From a virus (lineage: Duplodnaviria > Caudoviricetes): DNA of 38,074 bases. The stretch is from the IMG/VR virus record IMGVR_UViG_3300027196_000008, positions 1-38,074 of that record, one strand, 5' to 3'. Made by a program: the position numbers and the translations under genes. The notes under the pieces were generated by a model, which had not been told where the DNA came from, made no database searches, and saw only the letters and a list, made by a program, of their open reading frames with translations. Positions 9,099-15,800 of this stretch are shown here, piece by piece. Every line of letters starts with the position of its first letter. Within the stretch, counting starts at the first letter, position 1.

Positions 9099-10978
9099 TG
9101 GATCAGTATCAACAGTTTATACACAAGAGCAGGTACGCACGTTGGCTTCCAGACGAGAGCAGACGAGAGCGTTGGGATGAGACAGTCAACAGATATGTAT
9201 CCTTTTGGAAAGATCGTGGACAGATAGATGATAAAACAGCACTCAAGCTTTTTAATTCTATTTATAATTTAGAAGTAATGCCATCTATGCGCTGTATGAT
9301 GACAGCGGGCATAGCTTTAGATAAAGATAATGTAGCTGGATTTAATTGCAGTTACCTACACATTGATTCTCCCAGAAGTTTTGATGAATTAATGTATGTT
9401 CTTATGTGTGGTACAGGCGTAGGGTTTAGTGTTGAGCGTAACTTTATTTCTAAACTGCCTGAGATAGCAGAAACTTTCCATGAAACAGATAGTATTATTG
9501 TAGTTGCTGATAGTAAGATTGGATGGGCTTCAGCTTTCCGTGAACTTATTGCTATGCTTTATGCAGGTAAAATACCAAAGTGGGATGTAACTAAAGTAAG
9601 AGGTTCAGGTGAAAGACTAAAAACTTTTGGTGGTCGTGCTTCTGGCCCAGAACCCTTGATAGATTTATTTAACTTTTGTATTGAAGTATTTCAAAAAGCA
9701 CATGGACGAAAGCTAACGTCTATTGAGTGTCACGATATTGTATGTAAAATTGCTGACATTGTAGTTGTTGGAGGAGTAAGACGTTCTGCATTGATTAGTC
9801 TTTCTAATCTCTCTGATCAACGCATGGCTAAAGCTAAGTCAGGAGACTGGTGGCGTACTGAAGGACACAGGGCTTTAGCAAACAACAGCGTAGCGTATAC
9901 TGAGAAGCCAGACTTTGAAGCGTTTCTAAATGAGATGCAGACAATGTATGAGTCAAAAGCTGGTGAGCGTGGTATCTTTAGCCGTGTAGCCGCACAAAAG
10001 ATTGCAGCGCGTAACGGTAGGCGTGACAGTGAACAGGACTTTGGCACTAATCCCTGCTCTGAGATTATCCTGCGTAGTAATCAGTTCTGTAATCTTTCAG
10101 AAATTGTTGTACGTGCTGACGATACGTTAGCTTCTCTTAAAAAGAAAACAGAAATAGCAGCTATCATTGGTACACTGCAAGCTACACTAACAGACTTTCG
10201 GTACTTACGAAATATATGGAAAAGGAATACGGAAGAAGAAGCATTGTTAGGTGTAAGCATGACGGGAATAATGGATCATAGGGTATTAAGCGGTGCAGAA
10301 CCTGAAGAACTTGGAAAATACTTGGAAGTCATTCGTGACGTTGCTGTTAAAACAAACAAAGAGTGGGCTGCAAATCTTGGGATTAATCAGTCTGCGGCTA
10401 TTACATGTGTTAAGCCTAGTGGTACTGTTTCTCAGCTTGTTGATTCTGCTTCTGGCATTCATCCAAGGTTCTCTAAGTATTACATTCGGAGAGTACGTAG
10501 CGACAAAAAAGACCCGCTTGCAGTCTTTATGCAAGAAAAAGGATTCCCCGTAGAACAAGATGTAATGTCACCCAGTTCTTCAGTGTTTAGTTTCCCAGTT
10601 GCTGCCCCAAAAGAAAGCGTAACTGTTGCTGATGTAGGTGCAATGCAGCAGCTAGAACTCTGGAAAGCTTACCAAAACCACTGGTGCGAGCATAAACCAA
10701 GCATTACTGTTTATTATACAGACGATGAATTCTTGGAAGTAGCACAGTGGATATGGAATAACTTTGATTTGTGCAGCGGGATTAGTCTTTTGCCAGTCAG
10801 TGATCATGTATATCAACAAGCTCCATATGAAGACATTGATAAAGCTCAGTATAAAGATTTACTTTCCTCAATGCCTGTAGATGTTAATTGGGAAGATTTA
10901 GGTATGTTTGAAAAAGAAGATAATACAACAGGCTCTCAAGAACTAGCTTGTACAGGTGGGGCTTGTGAAATTGTCTAA
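9098..10978 (+). CDS. nrdJ: class II (adenosylcobalamin-dependent) ribonucleotide reductase
   Basis: FNCS, GTGVGFSVE, VVVGGVRRSA, catalytic TNPCSEI, TCVKPSGT and C-terminal C.GG.C pair. No class I beta subunit nearby. Confidence 0.92.
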   Translation: MDQYQQFIHKSRYARWLPDESRRERWDETVNRYVSFWKDRGQIDDKTALKLFNSIYNLEVMPSMRCMMTAGIALDKDNVAGFNCSYLHIDSPRSFDELMYVLMCGTGVGFSVERNFISKLPEIAETFHETDSIIVVADSKIGWASAFRELIAMLYAGKIPKWDVTKVRGSGERLKTFGGRASGPEPLIDLFNFCIEVFQKAHGRKLTSIECHDIVCKIADIVVVGGVRRSALISLSNLSDQRMAKAKSGDWWRTEGHRALANNSVAYTEKPDFEAFLNEMQTMYESKAGERGIFSRVAAQKIAARNGRRDSEQDFGTNPCSEIILRSNQFCNLSEIVVRADDTLASLKKKTEIAAIIGTLQATLTDFRYLRNIWKRNTEEEALLGVSMTGIMDHRVLSGAEPEELGKYLEVIRDVAVKTNKEWAANLGINQSAAITCVKPSGTVSQLVDSASGIHPRFSKYYIRRVRSDKKDPLAVFMQEKGFPVEQDVMSPSSSVFSFPVAAPKESVTVADVGAMQQLELWKAYQNHWCEHKPSITVYYTDDEFLEVAQWIWNNFDLCSGISLLPVSDHVYQQAPYEDIDKAQYKDLLSSMPVDVNWEDLGMFEKEDNTTGSQELACTGGACEIV

Positions 10979-11198
10979 GCCTCAAGAAGCCACTGTATTA
11001 GGTTTTAAAATACTTATAGATTCTAAGGGGAGTGTCGTTACAGAAATGTGCGGCATCCCCCTAGAGGATCTACATAAAGCTTTCAAAGGTGAAGAATTGG
11101 AAACTATAAGAAACATTGTACATCTTACGAAACCAAAACTAGATGTCTTACATGCTTTTCTTGAAGAAGAACTGAATGCTTTGAATCACAAAGGTTAA
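10956..11198 (+). CDS. hypothetical protein, last gene of the + arm (start uncertain)
   Basis: ORF overlaps the RNR 3' end. Alternative in-frame starts at 10965 and 10971. Confidence 0.6.
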   Translation: MGLVKLSKPQEATVLGFKILIDSKGSVVTEMCGIPLEDLHKAFKGEELETIRNIVHLTKPKLDVLHAFLEEELNALNHKG

Positions 11199-11205
11199 AA
11201 GCAGA

Positions 11206-11523
11206 CTACCACTTTTCACGGTCTGCCCAGTAAGCAGCAGACATTTTACCTTTCTTTATGTTCCTAGCATGACGCGCTTTAAAACTTGCGCGTTTCTTTT
11301 TCATTGCTGCTGATTCTCCAGCTTTAGGTTTCCCTGCTGTTTTTGCTCCTTGTTCTCCAAAACGAATAGTTTTGATTTTGTCGCCTTCCTTCGCAACAAC
11401 AACATGGCTTTTCTTCGGGTGATTCGGTGTACGCTTGGGCTTGTTATAACCGCTTACTCCTGCTTTAGTTAAACGAGAATCTTTGTTTTTAGCCTTACCG
11501 CCTTTCTTGTAATCTTCTCTCAT
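11206..11523 (-). CDS. basic hypothetical protein (DUF5754-like pattern), last gene of the - arm
   Basis: KK..V......K.IRFG..G...R.SF.ARH...SAAYW....W pattern. N-terminal REDYKKGG motif. Confidence 0.75.
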   Translation of the reverse strand: MREDYKKGGKAKNKDSRLTKAGVSGYNKPKRTPNHPKKSHVVVAKEGDKIKTIRFGEQGAKTAGKPKAGESAAMKKKRASFKARHARNIKKGKMSAAYWADREKW

Positions 11524-11525
11524 AG

Positions 11526-11771
11526 CTATTTCTTCCTATATTTCCTTGTCTTTGCCGCTATCTTTTTTGGCTGCTTACTATGCTGCTTACCTTTTTTAGT
11601 ATCTTCTTTTTTCTTTTTAGAAGTTGCAGCATATTCCTTTTTAGTTAAAGCCTTAATAGCTTTTTCAGGTAAGTATCGCTCACCTGTTTTTGCGCTAGGC
11701 TTACCAGACTTTGTACGCCACTTCTGTTCAGTCCATTTCTTTAAAGACTTCTGTGATTTTTTAAGTGCCAT
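11526..11771 (-). CDS. Lys-rich protein resembling the C-terminal half of DUF5872 proteins
   Basis: Q.SL.KWT.Q.W.T, RYLP.KA and KGKQ motifs. Confidence 0.75.
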   Translation of the reverse strand: MALKKSQKSLKKWTEQKWRTKSGKPSAKTGERYLPEKAIKALTKKEYAATSKKKKEDTKKGKQHSKQPKKIAAKTRKYRKK

Positions 11772-11914
11772 TACTTATGTACCTTCTGCACTGAGAAGTT
11801 AGCTTCCAGACTTGCTCCTTTATGCTTAACAAACTTTCCGGTATGCTTCATTAATTTAAACGAACCGTTCTTTTGTTTCATCCAATGATGTCCTGCTGGT
11901 GCTTTTACTTTCAT
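11771..11914 (-). CDS. small basic hypothetical protein, 47 aa (MKVKAPAGHHWMKQKNGSFKLMKH...VQKVHK)
   Basis: Read manually. GGAGG Shine-Dalgarno, ATGA overlap with the upstream gene and TAATG overlap with the downstream gene. Confidence 0.75.
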   Translation of the reverse strand: MKVKAPAGHHWMKQKNGSFKLMKHTGKFVKHKGASLEANFSVQKVHK

Positions 11915-12096
11915 TTGTAACCTCCTCCTGCTGCTTTATATTCTTTAGCTAACATTTGGGCTTTCCGCGCAGACCACTGACCCGCTTTACCGCCCTTAGT
12001 CCCTGCTTTAATCTTTTCAAATAAGCGTTTACGCATAGCGGGCTTAGTGTAGTTTTCTGCTTTATTTACAGTAGATTTCTTTTTCTTTGCTGCCAT
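11911..12096 (-). CDS. basic protein resembling the N-terminal half of DUF5872 proteins
   Basis: YTKP..R...KGG.AGQWSARKAQ..A.EYK..GGGY signature. Confidence 0.78.
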   Translation of the reverse strand: MAAKKKKSTVNKAENYTKPAMRKRLFEKIKAGTKGGKAGQWSARKAQMLAKEYKAAGGGYK

Positions 12097-12097
12097 G

Positions 12098-12475
12098 CTA
12101 TTTCTCCCTTTGAACGCCTTTAGATTTTTCTACGGTACGCATTGCACCTAAACCTAACATACCCATTAGCACACTTGTAAGTAATGAGCTATCAACAGGC
12201 GGGACAGAAAACCAAATGCCCAGTATTGGAGCTAAGATAGTAGAATAGAGTAAGGCTAGTCCACATATCCAACCTATTGCGGGTCGCCAACCTGCCACAA
12301 ATAAACTCTTATGTGCCGCTTCAGTCTTATTAACTTCAAGCTGGCCTTTCGCAAGCTCTTGCGCGTGTCTTTCAGCCATTGTAGTAAGTTCAAATGCGAT
12401 GGCATTCTTCTTGTCTTTATCTTCTATAAATTTATCTAGTAGTCCGGTAACTGGCCCAATCAATGATTGCAACAT
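12098..12475 (-). CDS. holin, 3TM gene-transfer-release type (DUF3154-like)
   Basis: QLEVNK.EA.H.S.FVAGWRPAIGW and MLGLG.MRT.EK..G motifs with hydrophobic segments. Adjacent to the endolysin. Confidence 0.85.
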   Translation of the reverse strand: MLQSLIGPVTGLLDKFIEDKDKKNAIAFELTTMAERHAQELAKGQLEVNKTEAAHKSLFVAGWRPAIGWICGLALLYSTILAPILGIWFSVPPVDSSLLTSVLMGMLGLGAMRTVEKSKGVQREK

Positions 12476-12487
12476 AAGTCTATCTCC

Positions 12488-12853
12488 TTAATAACACCAC
12501 ATAACAGGTTTATGATCATCTCGCATATCAACGTGTACAAAACCTTTAGCTATGCCTATGCCTACAAAACCCAAAGCACAGGCATGACGCACAATCTGCA
12601 TACGCTGCCTACCTCCATTTACTGCAATATCAGCGGCAATCCCCCTAGTGTGCGTTCCACCACCATTGGGTTTATGTCTTTCCGCGCTGTGTTGAAGATC
12701 TCTATAGCCGCTTGTAACAATAAAAGGAAAACCACAAACATCTCTCAAGTGGTCTAGCTTTCTAATAAAGGCAACATCCATTTCATTCTTGCCTGTTTCT
12801 TGGCAATTAAAATCACTTAGTTTAAAATACTTAAACTTTATTTCTTCAGTCAT
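12488..12853 (-). CDS. endolysin, peptidase M15A family
   Basis: VTSGYR, H..G.AADI and G......FVHVD.R zinc-binding motifs. Confidence 0.9.
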   Translation of the reverse strand: MTEEIKFKYFKLSDFNCQETGKNEMDVAFIRKLDHLRDVCGFPFIVTSGYRDLQHSAERHKPNGGGTHTRGIAADIAVNGGRQRMQIVRHACALGFVGIGIAKGFVHVDMRDDHKPVMWCY

Positions 12854-15800
12854 TAGCTGTCCTTGCTCCTTTTAAATTGTGTAATGTTTCTTCTACGAGT
12901 CCACCTGATACAAACATTTTCAAACCTTTAAGAATATCTTCTCGCATCTTATCAGTTATTTTAAGAGTGGGAAGTTCTACAGTTTTATCTCCTTGATTAT
13001 ATTTAATCATCTCAATATCAACATCGTATTTGTCAGCAAAGTCTCGTTTCCATATTTTTTGTAAAGTACCATCATAAAAATCTATGTACTTCTGACCACC
13101 CATCTTCATGGTCATTGGTTGTTTAAGTGCATATTCTCCTGCATCATCAGGGGTTGAAGCAAGTAATTTTTCTGCATTTTCTTTTCCAAGAACTTTAGGT
13201 AGTTTTTGAACAGCTTCTTCAAAAGTATCAAAGACAACTAAAAAATCATTAAACTCGTCGTCTGTATTAACACCTTGTATTGCCCAACCTCTAGGCTCTC
13301 CAGTTTTTATGTCTTGTTTTTTAAACAATAAAGCTTCTTTAATATTACCTATCTTATTATTTCTTATAGCTTGTAGTTGACCAGTAGTCAAAGCAACTTG
13401 ATCATAGCCTTCTTCTGCTGCTACTTTCATAGCTTGGCGTAGACCCGCAGCACCCCATTGCTTTCCTTGTTTAAGCGGAAGTTCTGGAGTTTTGGTTTCA
13501 AGTTTCATTATTAAATCTAAAAATTCATCTTCTTTAGCAAGCATGTCGTCTGCTGAAGCTAAATCTTTATTAACCTCACCTATTCGGGTTTGAAGAGTAT
13601 CTCGTCTTTGTATATATTCTGCTTCTGTTATAATTTCATCATCTATCATATCGTCTAGTTGATCAAGCTTATCTACAAGGTTCTCTTTTTCATTACTCAG
13701 TTTAATAAAATCGTTTGTATAAGTTATTTCTTTTTTCTTTTCCTTTAATAGTTTTTCATCTTCTATAGTATAGTAGCCTTTCCCGCTTTTTCCAGTTGCT
13801 CTTTGATGTGCGTCTGATTGTATTTCATCAACCAATAAAGTTGTATTAAACGCATCATCAGTTTGCTGTATATCAGATAAACGAACATGAGCAAATTGAT
13901 TTTTAGCTTGCGGATGGTGATCCTCATATTCAAAATCAAGATCTACTTTCTTATATTTGTCTGGAATAGAAAGTACAAGTTCACGATAATTTTGAGTATT
14001 CTCACCTTCAAATGAATAATTTAAATGTTCAGGCTGAACTTTAAAATCTGCATCTGGTCTATCAACATCAGAGCGTCCTACTGCAACATCAAAGTCAAAA
14101 TCATTTTCTTTAAAAAATTCCTGAACTTCTTCTTTTGTTACCTTCTTATCGTTAGCAAACTTTTCATTAGCTTTTGTCCACTTTAATTCTTCATCAGTAA
14201 CATCTGGATCTTTTTTAATTTCATTTAAAAATGCTTGACCTTCTCTGGGTTTAGAACCTTCAAGTTTCTGAGAAGCTTTTTCTGCGGCACTATACAGCCC
14301 TGATGATTTTTTAGGCGCAAAAAACATCTTGGCAACAAGACTGCCTTTACTATACCCACGCATTCGATCACTTTCTGAGGGTGTCATGTACATAGCTTCT
14401 TTGTCAGCAATGAGTTTATCTATCTGAGCTTCTGCTTCTTTAAAAGTATTAGCCTTAATAGTAGCCCCTAGATTGTTGTTGTGTTGATCCATTGGCTTAT
14501 CTAAACGTCTAAGGCTCAAGTTTTCGCGGAAGTTTGCAGCCTTCAATGCTAGATCAGGATTCTCTGCTCTTTGAGTAATCCAACCTAAAGCAAGGTGACG
14601 GGCTGCATCTCCTTTACCGTCTAGTTCTTCAGATTTGCTATAACGCTTGTCTTGACTTTTAGCCCACTCAAGATCTTCTTTAGAGATGCCTACAAGGTTA
14701 GCCACCATCTCACCGCCACTGCTTTTACGTACTCTTCCTCCAGCAGCCATAACTAAAGATCTAATAGGATCGGACTCTTCTAAATAAGCTGCACCTGCCT
14801 CTAAATTATATGGCATCCCTGTAACCTTATTAATTCTATCTGAAGGGTTTTCAGGAGCATTAGGCACAAGCTTGTCTACGACACCGCCCATAACTTTTTG
14901 AAGTCTTTCTTGATCGCCCTTCTTTTCACCTGTAATAGGATCGTTAAGCCTTATATCCCATAAATCTAGGTATACTTGTTCAAGCTCTTCTGAAACATTA
15001 ATTGCTTGCTTTGTGCTTGTTACATTAGGAGTTTTTTCTTCTAACGCCACAGTGCTTTTTTGCGGTGGTCTGCTAGGTTTAAAATATCCCATGCTTATAG
15101 CGGCTAAATCTTTTCTGCTCAGTCCGTTTTCTAAAGCAAAACTATACATTTCATCTTCATCTATAAGATATTCAGCAGCTTTTAAAGTTCTATAAAGCTC
15201 TTTATAAGACTTTAAACGAACTTTTTGTTGTTGCTTATATCTTTTAATAACTTCATCAGAATTGCGTTCAAAGTTTATTCCTGTAGTTATAGACAAACTA
15301 GAGTCTCTTTTAAAATCAGAAACAGCAAACTTAATAGCACTTTCAATATCTACTTCTGTAAACTTTACTCCTGTCATGTTTGCAACAAGTTCAGCAGGTT
15401 TAGATTTAGTCTTACCTGTAGTTCTATTTGGTTTTTCATTCATCGTGTCTATTAAACTTTTAATACTTAACGCAGATCCGGGAACTAAAGTTTTTCCTAA
15501 ATGTTGCAAAACATTTGCAGATTTTTCTGCAACAGTAAGACCGGGGGTAAATATTTCTTTACCGTTAGGAGTTCTTCCATCTTCATTTAAAGCAGCTAAA
15601 GTTACATCTGTAATAGCAGACGTTAAAATAGCTTCATCAATATATGGTTTAAAAAAGCTATAAGCGAAAGCCGCAGTAGAATCTAAAACTTTTATTTCAA
15701 ACTCGTCTTCGTTTATTTCTCCTTTACTCCATGCGTAAGCCGCAGAACGTAAAGGATCTTTTAAAGCACTGTATGAGTCAATGTATTGCGTATCGTTGGT

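Noticed and set aside
9150-9170. 10-nt tandem duplication CAGACGAGAG x2 in nrdJ
   Set aside because: The reading frame is intact and encodes the expected RRE.W motif, so it is probably coincidental.
4165-10978. Introns or inteins in polymerase or RNR, or alternative genetic code
   Set aside because: The genes are uninterrupted and of normal length, and TAA, TAG and TGA all act as coherent stops.
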